Source of the DNA: Chloroflexota bacterium
GTDB taxonomy: Bacteria; Chloroflexota; Anaerolineae; Anaerolineales; UBA11858
Direction: 5' to 3'
NCBI GenBank assembly: GCA_016865865.1
Contig: VGOC01000002.1
Span: forward strand, 22,863 to 86,862
DNA length: 64,000 nt
Part shown: one piece after another, positions 18,343-27,977 of the stretch
Numbering within the stretch: position 1 is the stretch's first letter
Layout of the letters: every line of letters begins with the position of its first letter
Notes under the pieces: model-generated
Databases searched by the model: none
Told to the model about the DNA's origin: nothing
What the model saw: the letters and a program-made list of their open reading frames with translations, nothing else
Program-made: the position numbers and the translations under genes

Positions 18343-19179
18343 ATGGATGAATTCATCACACGAAAAGAAATCGATCAGACAACGAAAGAAATACGGAAAC
18401 GCATCTCCAGGAAACCGCGCGTGGGCATGATCTTAGGGTCCGGCCTGGGGCCGCTGGCGGATCAAGTAGAAAATCCTGTGTACATCCCTTATCGTGAACT
18501 CCCCAACTGGCCTGTTTCCACTGTGGTAGGTCACAAAGGACGTCTCGTCATCGGTGAGTTAGAGGGTCAAGACATCCTGGTAATGCAAGGTCGGACTCAT
18601 TATTACGAAGGCCATAGTATGGATCGAGTCACATTGCCTGTTCGTGTGATGCAGTGTCTAGGAATTGAGTTCTTCTTTGTCACCAATGCGGCCGGCGCAG
18701 TAAATCCTGACTTCGAGCCTGGCGACCTGATGTTGATTACAGATCATCTGAACTTCGTTGGCATGGCCGGGCCAAATCCTTTGCGGGGGCCTAACCTGGA
18801 TGAATTCGGCCCCCGCTTCCCCGATATGAGCCAGGCGTACGATCGCGAACTGATGGATTTTGCCCGCAAGGTTGCAGCGGAAGCAGGATTCCATTTGAAT
18901 GAGGGCGTCTATGTCGGTCTGGCTGGGCCTTCTTTTGAAACCCCTGCTGACCTGCGTTTCCTGCGCGCCATCGGAGTCGACGCGGTAGGGATGTCCACCG
19001 TGAGTGAAGTGACTATCGCCCGCCATGGGAATATGCGCGTGTTGGGCGTTTCCGGCATCAGCAACAAGGCCAATCTCGATGGCAGCACCGTCACGACTCA
19101 TGAAGAAGTCCTCGAAGCCGGTCAAGTGATCGTCCCAAAGATGGTTAGCCTGATACGCGGGGTGTTGCAGAAAATATAG
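18343..19179 (+). CDS. punA: purine nucleoside phosphorylase (trimeric PNP family)
   Basis: GSGLG...GHKGRLVIG...MQGRTHYYEG...TNAAG...GPRFPDMS...GMSTVSE motifs. I use the ATG at 18343 because the listed longer ORF starts inside a repeat element. Confidence 0.9.
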   Translation: MDEFITRKEIDQTTKEIRKRISRKPRVGMILGSGLGPLADQVENPVYIPYRELPNWPVSTVVGHKGRLVIGELEGQDILVMQGRTHYYEGHSMDRVTLPVRVMQCLGIEFFFVTNAAGAVNPDFEPGDLMLITDHLNFVGMAGPNPLRGPNLDEFGPRFPDMSQAYDRELMDFARKVAAEAGFHLNEGVYVGLAGPSFETPADLRFLRAIGVDAVGMSTVSEVTIARHGNMRVLGVSGISNKANLDGSTVTTHEEVLEAGQVIVPKMVSLIRGVLQKI

Positions 19180-19183
19180 TCTT

Positions 19184-19876
19184 ATGGCGTCTGTTTTACG
19201 ATTTTTCGAGAATAACGAAATATTCATCTACCTGATCCTGGGGATTCTGGCTGTCTGGCAGATACGCAAATTTACGCTAGGTTGGGACGAGTTGCGCAGC
19301 GCGGCTTTTGGTTTAGAACAAGAGAGCGCTCGCACCCGCCTGAATTGGGCGATGAGCATGTTGGTATTGATCTTCATCCTCGCAGTGGCCGAATTTGGGC
19401 TGGTATCCTTTGTCTTCCCCAATATCCCGGAGGCGTCTCCCCTGCTCACACCGACTCTGGACTTGCTGGCCACGCCAACCATCACCCTCGAAGCAGCTGA
19501 ACAGCTCATCGAAACAGGAAACACTGCGCCTTCGGCGCCCATCCAGGCCGAAGATATCGGCTGCATCCCCCGGCAGGTGGAAATCACTTTTCCCTCGAAT
19601 GGTGAAACCGTCCGGGATGTCGTGGAAATCTATGGCACCGCCGATATCCCCAATTTCGGCTTCTACAAATTCGAAATGGCTTCGGTCAACGATGCCAACT
19701 GGTTGACAATTCAAGCCGGGGATGTGGCAAAAAAGGATGAACTTCTCGGCTATTGGGATACCTCCCGGCTACCGGTGGGAGATTACGCTTTGCGTCTGAT
19801 CGTCACTGACAATCAAGGCAATGCCTCGGAACCTTGCAGCGTCCAGGTACGCGTCGAGGCCCCTTCCGAGGATTAG
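19184..19876 (+). CDS. membrane-anchored hypothetical protein with a C-terminal beta-rich (Ig-like?) domain
   Basis: Two N-terminal TM helices. The start lies 5 nt after the PNP stop. No family is recognised. Confidence 0.55.
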   Translation: MASVLRFFENNEIFIYLILGILAVWQIRKFTLGWDELRSAAFGLEQESARTRLNWAMSMLVLIFILAVAEFGLVSFVFPNIPEASPLLTPTLDLLATPTITLEAAEQLIETGNTAPSAPIQAEDIGCIPRQVEITFPSNGETVRDVVEIYGTADIPNFGFYKFEMASVNDANWLTIQAGDVAKKDELLGYWDTSRLPVGDYALRLIVTDNQGNASEPCSVQVRVEAPSED

Positions 19877-19896
19877 ACAAAGGCCTCGAAACCGCC

Positions 19897-20436
19897 ATGC
19901 CTGAAATCGAAATCCGCCCTGCTATTGCGACAGATATTCCAACGCTCATCTCACTGGAACACGGCTATTCCAGCGATCATGTCTGGCAGATGGATTATAA
20001 AGACGAGGGAGGAACCATCAAAGTAACTTTCCGCGAGGTCCGATTGCCTCGGTCGGTACAGGTTCGTTATCCCCAAAACCCGCAATCTTTGGCAGATAAT
20101 TGGTCGGCCCGAGATGGCTTACTCGTTGCCTTGATAGATGGTGAACCTGTTGGTTATATCAGCCTGGCGCAGAATCCACAACTAAAAGCCACCCGGATTA
20201 CAGACCTGGCCATTACCCGGCGGTTGCGCCGACAAAAGATCGGCAGCGCCCTTGTGTTAGCGGCTCAAGATTGGGCTTCGAAACACAACAGCCGGCGCTT
20301 GATCCTCGAATTGCAGCCCAAGAATCATCCTGCTATCCAGATGGCGAAAAAGCTGGGCTTCGAGCTGTGCGGCTACAACGACCACTATTTTGCGAATCAT
20401 GACATCGCCCTCTTTTTTTCGAAATGGTTAAAATAG
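19897..20436 (+). CDS. GNAT-family N-acetyltransferase
   Basis: The acetyl-CoA motif RRLRRQKIGSALV sits in a roughly 180-aa protein. I use the ATG at 19897. Confidence 0.8.
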   Translation: MPEIEIRPAIATDIPTLISLEHGYSSDHVWQMDYKDEGGTIKVTFREVRLPRSVQVRYPQNPQSLADNWSARDGLLVALIDGEPVGYISLAQNPQLKATRITDLAITRRLRRQKIGSALVLAAQDWASKHNSRRLILELQPKNHPAIQMAKKLGFELCGYNDHYFANHDIALFFSKWLK

Positions 20437-20437
20437 T

Positions 20438-20549
20438 GTAACTACTCAGCCAAACGGAGAAATTCCCGAAAAAAGGGTGTGCGCAGGGGGCTACGCCCCC
20501 TGCGCACACCCTTTTTTCGGGTAAATCCGTTCGATGGTTGAGCAGTTAC
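20438..20549. mobile_element. 111-bp palindromic MITE-like element, copy 3 (inverted orientation)
   Basis: Perfect AAAATAGT / AAAATAGT flanking repeat. The left copy contains the GNAT stop codon TAG. Confidence 0.85.
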
Positions 20550-20593
20550 AAAATAGTTATGAGGCCATTAAAAAAACCTCGAGAGTAAGATAC

Positions 20594-20644
20594 GGAGCGG
20601 CACATAGGGGGGCGTGCGCAGCACGCCCCCCTATGTGCCGCCCC
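20594..20644. repeat. GGGGCGGCA..TGCCGCCCC hairpin family, copy 1
   Basis: GGAGCGGCACATAGGGGGGCGTGCGCAGCACGCCCCCCTATGTGCCGCCCC. Related copies are at 34031 and 43205, and the left half of 44851. Confidence 0.7.
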
Positions 20645-20661
20645 GTCATCTCATTAATCGT

Positions 20662-22671
20662 ATGCCTACTCTTACCGGTAGTTTACAGACCCTAAACCAA
20701 CTGCTCACAGCCGGGATTGCCATCACCGCATTTTCTCTGCTCCTCTATGCTTTATCGTTCAATCTGCGGGACCGGGTAGCGCGCTCGGTTGCGGTGATCT
20801 TCTTTTGTGTAGTGATCGTCTTTCTGGGAGACGCGATCACAAGCGTCGCCCCCGAGTCCGCATGGGTGAGCATCTGGTTCAAACTTCAGTGGATAGGGAT
20901 CATTTTCCTCCCTTCCTCCTACCTGCATTTTTCGGACGCTTTACTGGCCACGACAGGCAGGCCTTCGCGCGGCCGAAGGCGAAACCTGATCCGATTGACC
21001 TATCTGATCTCATTGGTTTTCGTCAGCGCCCTCCTATTTTCCAATCTGATGGGATCAGTGGCATCTGAATATCCTGTTCACTATCTGACTCCCACTCCTC
21101 TCACCTGGATTTTCTTCGCCTTTTACTCGGCAAGCATGACTTGGGCTTGGGTCAATTTTTGGCGAGCTTATCGACGCGCTGTCACCAGCACCAGCCGTCG
21201 CCGTATGCGCTATCTGATTGCTGGCGCGCTTGCCCCTGCGCTGAGCGCCTTCCCTTACCTGACATTCTGGTCGAACTTTGCCTCAGATCACCCCCTGCTA
21301 TTCTGGTTGACCGCCGACCTGTTCAATATCTCCATGGCGGTTTTGATCGTGTTGATGGCTTACGCAGTAGCCTTCTTCGGCGTTTCGTGGCCCGATAGGA
21401 TCGTGAAACGGCGTTTATTCAAATGGGTCATGCGCGGCCCCGTGACAGCCTCTACCGTTCTGGCGGTAACCACGTTGGTGCGCCGGGCGGGGGAATCTTA
21501 TGGCCTGGTCTACTCGGCGGCAGTGCCAATCGCCATGGTGGGCACGCTGCTGATCTTGCAGTACTCGATCACCATGCTGGCGCCTATCTGGGAACGGCTG
21601 CTCTTCTATGGCGGGGCGCGCGACGATTTACAGTTGGTACAAACCCTCGAAGAGCGGCTGATCACTTCCGGCGACCTGCGCCAATTTCTGGAAGCGATCC
21701 TCACCGCAGTATGTGACCGCCTTCAGGTGAAGACTGCCTTCGTGGTCGTGCTGATCCCGCGCGGCTCCGAGATGATCGTCGCCGTTGGGGATTCACATCA
21801 ACTCCAGCAGAAGAACCTCTCCGAGGACTTGCTCGAAGTTGTCGCCAGAAACGGCATCAACGGCGCTGCGAAAGAAAACACTTTACGTCTGTTCACCTGG
21901 GGAGATTTCTGGTTGATTCCCCTCTTCGAAGATATTCCTGTCGAGTCAAAGATTGAAGCCGCCTTGTTAGGTTTGCTCGGCGCTGAACGCCTGCCCGGAC
22001 ACTCTCCAGATGAAGAGCAGCGCCTGGCATTGAACACCCTGGCCCGACGAGCCGCCCTAGCTTTGGGGGATCGCGCCCAACAGCAAGCCGTCTTCAGCTC
22101 ATTGGAAGCCTTGACCCCCCAGGTTGATTGGATCCAACGATTACGCGCGGCGGCTCGTTATGACGGCGTTGAGGTGCTCACATCCTCTTCTGAAGAAGAA
22201 CCGGTGGAGGGTGACTTCGCCCGGTGGGTAAAGGATGCCCTCAGCCATTATTGGGGCGGACCAAAATTGTCCAAAAGCCCTTTGCTGCGTCTTCAGGTTG
22301 TGCAGCAGGCGGCAGAGGAACACGAGGGGATCTCCGTCAATGCCCTGCGCTCCATACTCCGTCAGGGCGTCGAACAGGTGCGACCCGAAGGCGTCCGTAG
22401 ATTTACAACCGAATGGCTTTTGTATAATATACTAGAGATGAAATTCATGGAGGGGCGTAAAGTGCGCGATATTGCCGCCCGCCTGGCCATGTCGGAGGCT
22501 GACTTATATCGAAAACAACGTGTAGCAATCGAGGCGGTCGCACACGTGATAATCGAAATGGAACACGAAGCCCGTGCTGGAAATACCAATAGGGGCGAAT
22601 ATTTGGAGAGCCAGACTGGTGTTGTAGGGTTTAGAAAAAATGAGCCAAAAGGTAAAGTATCAATGCGCTGA
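20662..22671 (+). CDS. membrane-bound one-component regulator: 7TM sensor region, GAF-like region and C-terminal sigma70-region-4/LuxR-like HTH
   Basis: About 7 N-terminal TM helices. The C-terminus EWLLYNILEMKFMEGRKVRDIAARLAMSEADLYRKQRVAIEAVA resembles a region-4-type HTH. I prefer the ATG at 20662 because the listed GTG (20614) lies inside a hairpin repeat. Confidence 0.6.
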   Translation: MPTLTGSLQTLNQLLTAGIAITAFSLLLYALSFNLRDRVARSVAVIFFCVVIVFLGDAITSVAPESAWVSIWFKLQWIGIIFLPSSYLHFSDALLATTGRPSRGRRRNLIRLTYLISLVFVSALLFSNLMGSVASEYPVHYLTPTPLTWIFFAFYSASMTWAWVNFWRAYRRAVTSTSRRRMRYLIAGALAPALSAFPYLTFWSNFASDHPLLFWLTADLFNISMAVLIVLMAYAVAFFGVSWPDRIVKRRLFKWVMRGPVTASTVLAVTTLVRRAGESYGLVYSAAVPIAMVGTLLILQYSITMLAPIWERLLFYGGARDDLQLVQTLEERLITSGDLRQFLEAILTAVCDRLQVKTAFVVVLIPRGSEMIVAVGDSHQLQQKNLSEDLLEVVARNGINGAAKENTLRLFTWGDFWLIPLFEDIPVESKIEAALLGLLGAERLPGHSPDEEQRLALNTLARRAALALGDRAQQQAVFSSLEALTPQVDWIQRLRAAARYDGVEVLTSSSEEEPVEGDFARWVKDALSHYWGGPKLSKSPLLRLQVVQQAAEEHEGISVNALRSILRQGVEQVRPEGVRRFTTEWLLYNILEMKFMEGRKVRDIAARLAMSEADLYRKQRVAIEAVAHVIIEMEHEARAGNTNRGEYLESQTGVVGFRKNEPKGKVSMR

Positions 22672-23581
22672 AGAAGCACCTCCGGATGAATCCTGGTGGG
22701 CAGCCGTTTTAGCGGATGTGGAAACGCCCTCAGATCCTGGTATGGAGATACAAAATTCCAGCAAGGAGCTTCCAGATCAAACCACCGATTGGAAATGGGC
22801 TGAAACGCTTTTCGAACAAGATAAGATCATCCAGCTCGAAGTCACAGGGTACAACCGCGGGGGATTGTTGGTCGAAGACGAACGAATCAAAGGATTCGTA
22901 CCCATTTCCCACCTGATCGAGCTTTCGAAAGAGATCTCCGAAGAGAAACGCAAGGAAGCCTTGACTTCGTATGTCGGACGTTCTTTGCAGTTGAAAGTGA
23001 TCGAGTGCAATCCAAAGCGTGAACGCGTGGTGCTCTCGCAGCGCGCCGCCCAGGCTGCGCCAGGCCAGCGTTTGGAGCTGCTCAAGAAACTGACCCCCGG
23101 CGCTCGAATCACCGGCAGAGTGACCACTATCACCCACTTCGGCGTATTCGTTGACCTGGGCGGCGTCGAGGGCCTGATCCACATCTCCGAGTTGTCCTGG
23201 GGGCGCGTCACACACCCCACCGATGTGCTCTCACCAGGAGAGGAAATCGAGGTCTACGTACTGAAACTCGATCAGGAGCGCTGCCGGGTGGCGCTCAGCC
23301 TGAAACGACTCCACCCCAATCCCTGGGATACGGCTCACATCCACTACTGGCCAGGGCAAGTCGCCAACGCGACCATCACCAATATCGTCCCCTACGGAGC
23401 ATTCGCAAGATTAGAAGAAGGCCTCGATGGCTTGATTCATATTTCCGAGCTTCAGGGGGATGCGGAAAACCCGGGCGAGATGCTCTTCGAAGGACAGCAG
23501 GTGATAGTGTCCATCCTGTGTATTGATACAGCCCGTCAACAACTCGGGCTGCGGCTGGACACGAATGGAGGCGATCTGTGA
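22640..23581 (+). CDS. S1 RNA-binding domain protein (three S1 repeats; ribosomal protein S1-like)
   Basis: Three repeats of the G.V....GGL/GVFVDLGG..GL/FIHISEL pattern. Confidence 0.8.
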   Translation: MSQKVKYQCAEEAPPDESWWAAVLADVETPSDPGMEIQNSSKELPDQTTDWKWAETLFEQDKIIQLEVTGYNRGGLLVEDERIKGFVPISHLIELSKEISEEKRKEALTSYVGRSLQLKVIECNPKRERVVLSQRAAQAAPGQRLELLKKLTPGARITGRVTTITHFGVFVDLGGVEGLIHISELSWGRVTHPTDVLSPGEEIEVYVLKLDQERCRVALSLKRLHPNPWDTAHIHYWPGQVANATITNIVPYGAFARLEEGLDGLIHISELQGDAENPGEMLFEGQQVIVSILCIDTARQQLGLRLDTNGGDL

Positions 23582-24159
23582 AAAACTGGTGGTTGGTCGC
23601 TCTGGGCGTCTTGTTCGGATTATTGGGAGCAGGGGCAGTTATCCTGGCCAGCAGTCCGCCGCGCGGCGCGCCCATTCAACTCTTGCCGCCCCCTACGCCC
23701 GCCCCGATTCAAGTCCATGTGGCTGGGGCAGTAGACAATCCTGGCGTGTATGCCCTTCCCCTCGATAGCCACGTCGGAGACGCCATCCAGGCCGCGGGGG
23801 GTTTCGCTGACGATGCAGAACAAGACGGCGTGAATCTGGCCGCCAAATTGCAGGATGGCGATCAGGTACAGGTGCCAGCTCGAAGGGCGTCCGCAACGCC
23901 CTCAAAGCCTGATCCCACACAACCAACAGGGGATCAACCTTCGGGCGAGGAGACGACCTTCGCCATCATCAATATCAACACAGCAACGCAGGAAGAACTC
24001 GAAACGCTTCCGGGCATTGGGCCTGTGACCGCGGAGAAAATCATCGAATATCGCCTGGCGAATGGGGATTTTACTCGCATCGAAGATATCCAAAAGGTTT
24101 CCGGCATCGGCCCGGTCACATTCGAGAAGATCAAAGATCTGATCACTGTAAGTGAGTGA
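23578..24159 (+). CDS. comEA: ComEA-family DNA-binding protein (SLBB plus helix-hairpin-helix)
   Basis: N-terminal TM helix, then VHVAGAVDNPGVY (SLBB), then INTATQEELETLPGIGPVTAEKIIEYR (HhH). The GTG start overlaps the upstream stop. Confidence 0.85.
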   Translation: MKNWWLVALGVLFGLLGAGAVILASSPPRGAPIQLLPPPTPAPIQVHVAGAVDNPGVYALPLDSHVGDAIQAAGGFADDAEQDGVNLAAKLQDGDQVQVPARRASATPSKPDPTQPTGDQPSGEETTFAIININTATQEELETLPGIGPVTAEKIIEYRLANGDFTRIEDIQKVSGIGPVTFEKIKDLITVSE

Positions 24160-24160
24160 C

Positions 24161-26941
24161 ATGAAGGAAACCAGCAGACCAAAAGAGTGGTTGAACAAAT
24201 CGATCCCCGTCACAATGGCCGCAGTTGCGTTAGGGGTTCTCCTCCTGGCGCCTTTTTGGGCGTATCAATGGTACCTGCAACCTTTTTTGGGCCTGTTCTT
24301 TGAACCTCACCATGTCGTCAGCCAAATCGTCGGCGATGATTGGCCGGCCAAAGCCGCCGGGGCGCAGAACTACAGCCAGCTCATTGCCCTCGATGGTAAA
24401 ACCATCACCAACAGAAAATCGTTATCAACCGCATTAGATCAATCTGGCGACGCCATCACGCTGACCTTCACCACCCAGGCAGGGGATTTCTATTCGATAA
24501 CGATCACACCAAGTAAATTTCGGGCGGGGGAATTCTTCATCTGGTTTGGCATTCCCTACCTGATTGGGATCGCTTTCTGGTTCATCGGCGCGTGGGCGTA
24601 TCGCTTGAGCAAGGGCAATCAACCAGCCCGGGCGTTCCTGGCCTTCACCTCTGCCGCCAGCATCATCACTGCGGCGTACTTCGATATGAACACCAGCCAG
24701 CAATTCGTGCTTGGCTGGGCGTTGAGCTTACCCATCGCTGGCGGAGCGTTGGTACACCTGGCGATGGTTTTTCCCCAGAAGATGCCCTTCATCGAGCAGA
24801 AGCCACTCATGCGGTTCCTTCCCTCCTGGCTGGTGACGCTGCTCTTTTTCATCCCGATAGCCCGCCAAATCCTGACGCCGACGCATCCATGGGGATATAT
24901 CAACACCTGGCTGTCGTCTTACGCCTATATCAGTATCGGCATCTTTCTATTTCTGGGTTCGCTGATCTACCGCATCGCCCGCAGCGATTCGGCTATGATC
25001 CGCCAGCAAAGCCGCATCATCATCTTCGGGGCGTCTCTGGCTTTTGGCCCCATGATGGTCACCTTCCTGCTTCCTTCGGCCTTCGGCCAGCTCGTTCAAC
25101 TTAAGGCCAATATCGTCTTCCCGGTGCTGATCATCTTCCCCCTTTCTGTCGCCTACGCGCTGGTGCGCTACCGTATGCTGGATGTGGATCAAATCATGGG
25201 GATCACATTGGTGTATGCCCTGACCATCGGCGTTGCCGTAGGGATTTTCTATTTGCTGATCGCCTCGCTATCCCGGTTGATCCCCGCCGAGGTCACTCCC
25301 GACAATCCGGTGCTGGTTGCCATCTATCTGCTTTTATTGGTTATCGGATTGAATCCACTGCGGGGGTTGATGCACAAAGGCATCAATCGCCTCTTCTACC
25401 GCACGCGCGCCGATTACCGCCGGGTATTGACGCATCTCTCTCAGGAGTTGACCATCTCCCCAGAGATGAAGCACACCCTTCAAATGCTGGAGCAGGAAAT
25501 CCAGGCTGCGCTGGCTCCTGAGCGCGTTTTGATCTATCTCTATGATGACGCCGAAGCAGTCTACCGCCACCAGAGTACGGGAGAGGAATCGGATCTTGTC
25601 ATCCCTGCCGAAAGCCCTCTCCTGGAGCATCTGCGCCGGGGGGCAGGTGGGATCTGGTTTCCTCAGGGGGGCGCTCTTCCCGAAGAACTGTCGGACGAAT
25701 CGATCGCCCTCGAAAAGATGGGTTGCCAGGTCTTCATCCCATTACACTACAAAGAGAAAATGATCGGTTTCCTGGCGCTTGGCCCGCGGCGTTCAGGCGA
25801 CCCCTATAACAGCGACGACCTCGGTTTCCTGGAGGCCGTCGCCGGGCAGTCTTCTCTGGCGCTGGAGAATGTGCGTTTGTTTGCCAACTTGCAAGAAACC
25901 CTCAATCAGACCCTGGAGATGAAAAACCTGATGGACGACATCTTTGCGTCCATGTCATCGGGCGTCATCACCACCGATCTCAAGCGCAAGATCACCCTCT
26001 TCAACCAGGCCGCGGCGAACATATTGGGCATCCCCATGGAACAGGTGATCGGTCATACGCTAGGCGAAGCGCTGCCGGAATTAGGGCCGAATTTCTTACT
26101 CATGGCTGCTACCACACTGCGCGATGGCATCGCCTTCGTCGGCGAAGAGTTCAATCCCATCCTATGGCAAAGAGGGCCGTTGTTCTTGCGTCTCTCCAGC
26201 ACCCCGCTGCGCGATGCTCAACGGAATACCAAAGGCGCCACCATCGTGATTGATGATCTCACCAGGCAGCGCACGCTCGAAGCCGAGCAGGAGCGCATCC
26301 GCCAGACTTTCGGGCGCGTGGTGGCCCCGCGCGTCCGAGACAGGTTATTAGCAGACCCCAGCAATCTGCGCCTGGATGGTATCCGCCAATCTTTGACGGT
26401 GTTGTTTGCCGATATCCACAACTTCACCTCCTTCAGTGAGCGCACCAAACCCGAAGCGCTCTTCGAGATTTTGAACTCGTATCTCTCGGTGGCGGCCAGC
26501 GCCGTCCTCGAAGAAGAAGGTACGCTGGATAAATTCATGGGCGACGCCGTGATGGCCTTTTGGAACGCCCCCGACGAACAGCCCGACCACGTGCTGCGCG
26601 CTGCCCGCGCCGCCCTGGCCATGGATGTCGCCATCCGCAGACACCGTGCGGGGGTGACGCAGGCGCATCAGTTGTATTTCAGCATCGGCATCAACACTGG
26701 GGAAGCTATTGTTGGCAACGTGGGCACCAGCGACCTGTTCAACTATACGGTGATCGGCGACGCCGTCAATTACGCACAACGCCTGGAGTCAGTCGCCAGA
26801 CCAGGACAGATTTTGCTCTCCGAAGCCGCCTACAAAGCCATCGCCGGGCACGTCATCGCCAAAGAGTTGCCCCCCGTGCAGGTTAAGGGGAAATCCGAAC
26901 CAGCTGTGGTTTATGAGCTGCTCGGGTTGAGAGAAAAATAA
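24161..26941 (+). CDS. membrane sensor class III adenylate/guanylate cyclase (7TM, GAF, PAS, CYC)
   Basis: The cyclase core LTVLFADIHNFTSFSE...FMGDAVMAFWNAP...GINTGEAIVGNVG is present. GAF-like and PAS-like segments lie upstream, and the N-terminus is multi-TM. An alternative GTG start is at 24152. Confidence 0.88.
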   Translation: MKETSRPKEWLNKSIPVTMAAVALGVLLLAPFWAYQWYLQPFLGLFFEPHHVVSQIVGDDWPAKAAGAQNYSQLIALDGKTITNRKSLSTALDQSGDAITLTFTTQAGDFYSITITPSKFRAGEFFIWFGIPYLIGIAFWFIGAWAYRLSKGNQPARAFLAFTSAASIITAAYFDMNTSQQFVLGWALSLPIAGGALVHLAMVFPQKMPFIEQKPLMRFLPSWLVTLLFFIPIARQILTPTHPWGYINTWLSSYAYISIGIFLFLGSLIYRIARSDSAMIRQQSRIIIFGASLAFGPMMVTFLLPSAFGQLVQLKANIVFPVLIIFPLSVAYALVRYRMLDVDQIMGITLVYALTIGVAVGIFYLLIASLSRLIPAEVTPDNPVLVAIYLLLLVIGLNPLRGLMHKGINRLFYRTRADYRRVLTHLSQELTISPEMKHTLQMLEQEIQAALAPERVLIYLYDDAEAVYRHQSTGEESDLVIPAESPLLEHLRRGAGGIWFPQGGALPEELSDESIALEKMGCQVFIPLHYKEKMIGFLALGPRRSGDPYNSDDLGFLEAVAGQSSLALENVRLFANLQETLNQTLEMKNLMDDIFASMSSGVITTDLKRKITLFNQAAANILGIPMEQVIGHTLGEALPELGPNFLLMAATTLRDGIAFVGEEFNPILWQRGPLFLRLSSTPLRDAQRNTKGATIVIDDLTRQRTLEAEQERIRQTFGRVVAPRVRDRLLADPSNLRLDGIRQSLTVLFADIHNFTSFSERTKPEALFEILNSYLSVAASAVLEEEGTLDKFMGDAVMAFWNAPDEQPDHVLRAARAALAMDVAIRRHRAGVTQAHQLYFSIGINTGEAIVGNVGTSDLFNYTVIGDAVNYAQRLESVARPGQILLSEAAYKAIAGHVIAKELPPVQVKGKSEPAVVYELLGLREK

Positions 26942-27062
26942 AGCCCAAAAGTCGGCCTGGCAAGGAAAACCCGAAAATGGGTTGTGTGCACACACCCCAT
27001 TGCGGAGGCAGTCGTCACCACAACAGCCCAAGATGTGGAATCACGAACCCCCAAACTAGCGC

Positions 27063-27087
27063 AGACCGGTTGCGCAGCAACCGGTCT
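27063..27087. terminator. bidirectional terminator hairpin between the convergent cyclase and ybaK genes
   Basis: AGACCGGTTGC-GCA-GCAACCGGTCT, followed by GTTCTATTTT. Confidence 0.6.
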
Positions 27088-27090
27088 GTT

Positions 27091-27564
27091 CTATTTTAGG
27101 GAAATCTCTGCAAAGCGGGAGTTAGTCAATCTGGCTAAATCGGAGACCGGTAAACGGATATTCAAACCCCGCTGCCCTCCTGAAATATGAATCTCATCGA
27201 AATCCTGGGCGGAGCGATCTATCACCACTTGAAAGCCGCGATGGATCAATGCCAGCGGAGAGATGCCGCCGGCCTGTAACCCGGTCAATTCTTCGGCCTC
27301 TCGCTGGGTAGTCGTCTTCACTTTCTTCTCTCCCAAGGCCTTTGCCAGGGCTTTCAAGTCCACCTCGGCTGATCCGGGCGCCACAGCCAGAATGGGTTTG
27401 CCGCCCTCCAACCGGGTTACCACAATCGTTTTGAAAACAACTTCGAGGGGCACGTTCAGCAATTCAGCCGTCTCTTCGGCGCCCAACTTTTCCTCAGGAA
27501 GCTCAAATACTTTGTAAGGGATTTTGCGCTGATCCAACAGGCGGGTGATGTTGTTCTTGATCAT
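27091..27564 (-). CDS. ybaK: Cys-tRNA(Pro)/Cys-tRNA(Cys) deacylase, YbaK/EbsC family
   Basis: Size and motifs (KTIVV, GGISPL, ISGGQRG) fit YbaK. The ATG overlaps the vapC stop (ATGA). Confidence 0.85.
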   Translation of the reverse strand: MIKNNITRLLDQRKIPYKVFELPEEKLGAEETAELLNVPLEVVFKTIVVTRLEGGKPILAVAPGSAEVDLKALAKALGEKKVKTTTQREAEELTGLQAGGISPLALIHRGFQVVIDRSAQDFDEIHISGGQRGLNIRLPVSDLARLTNSRFAEISLK

Positions 27565-27977
27565 ACTCCCCGCTTCAATCGCTCGATCTTGAGTTCCCCG
27601 GCTAACGCTACCAATTCTGGGTCGCCGGTGACAAGGGTGGCTTTATAGGCGACCGAGGTCGCGGCGGCGAAGGCATCCGCGTAGGAGATGCGATATTTCA
27701 TCTTCCAGCGCGCCGCGGCAATCACACTTGTTTCATCCGCTGGCATGATTTCAATAGGCATAGACCGTAATTCGGCTAGAATATTCTCAGCAAAGTGTTT
27801 GCCGCGCACCCTACCAGCGCGGTAATCCACCTCACCCAGGTGAATGACCGATAGTAACAAGCGTGTGGTTCTCAGACTCGCTTGTTTCAGTAAGGTGCGC
27901 ACCCTTGAATCCGCTGGGGATTCCTTTTTTAGAGATGCCAATACCGCCCAAGAATCAAGTAAAAAGATTTCGGTCAT
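27561..27977 (-). CDS. vapC: PIN-domain toxin VapC
   Basis: FLLDSWAVLA (the first acidic residue), plus later D and E residues and TGDPEL, are typical of PIN. I prefer the ATG at 27977. An alternative start is at 28007. Confidence 0.8.
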   Translation of the reverse strand: MTEIFLLDSWAVLASLKKESPADSRVRTLLKQASLRTTRLLLSVIHLGEVDYRAGRVRGKHFAENILAELRSMPIEIMPADETSVIAAARWKMKYRISYADAFAAATSVAYKATLVTGDPELVALAGELKIERLKRGV

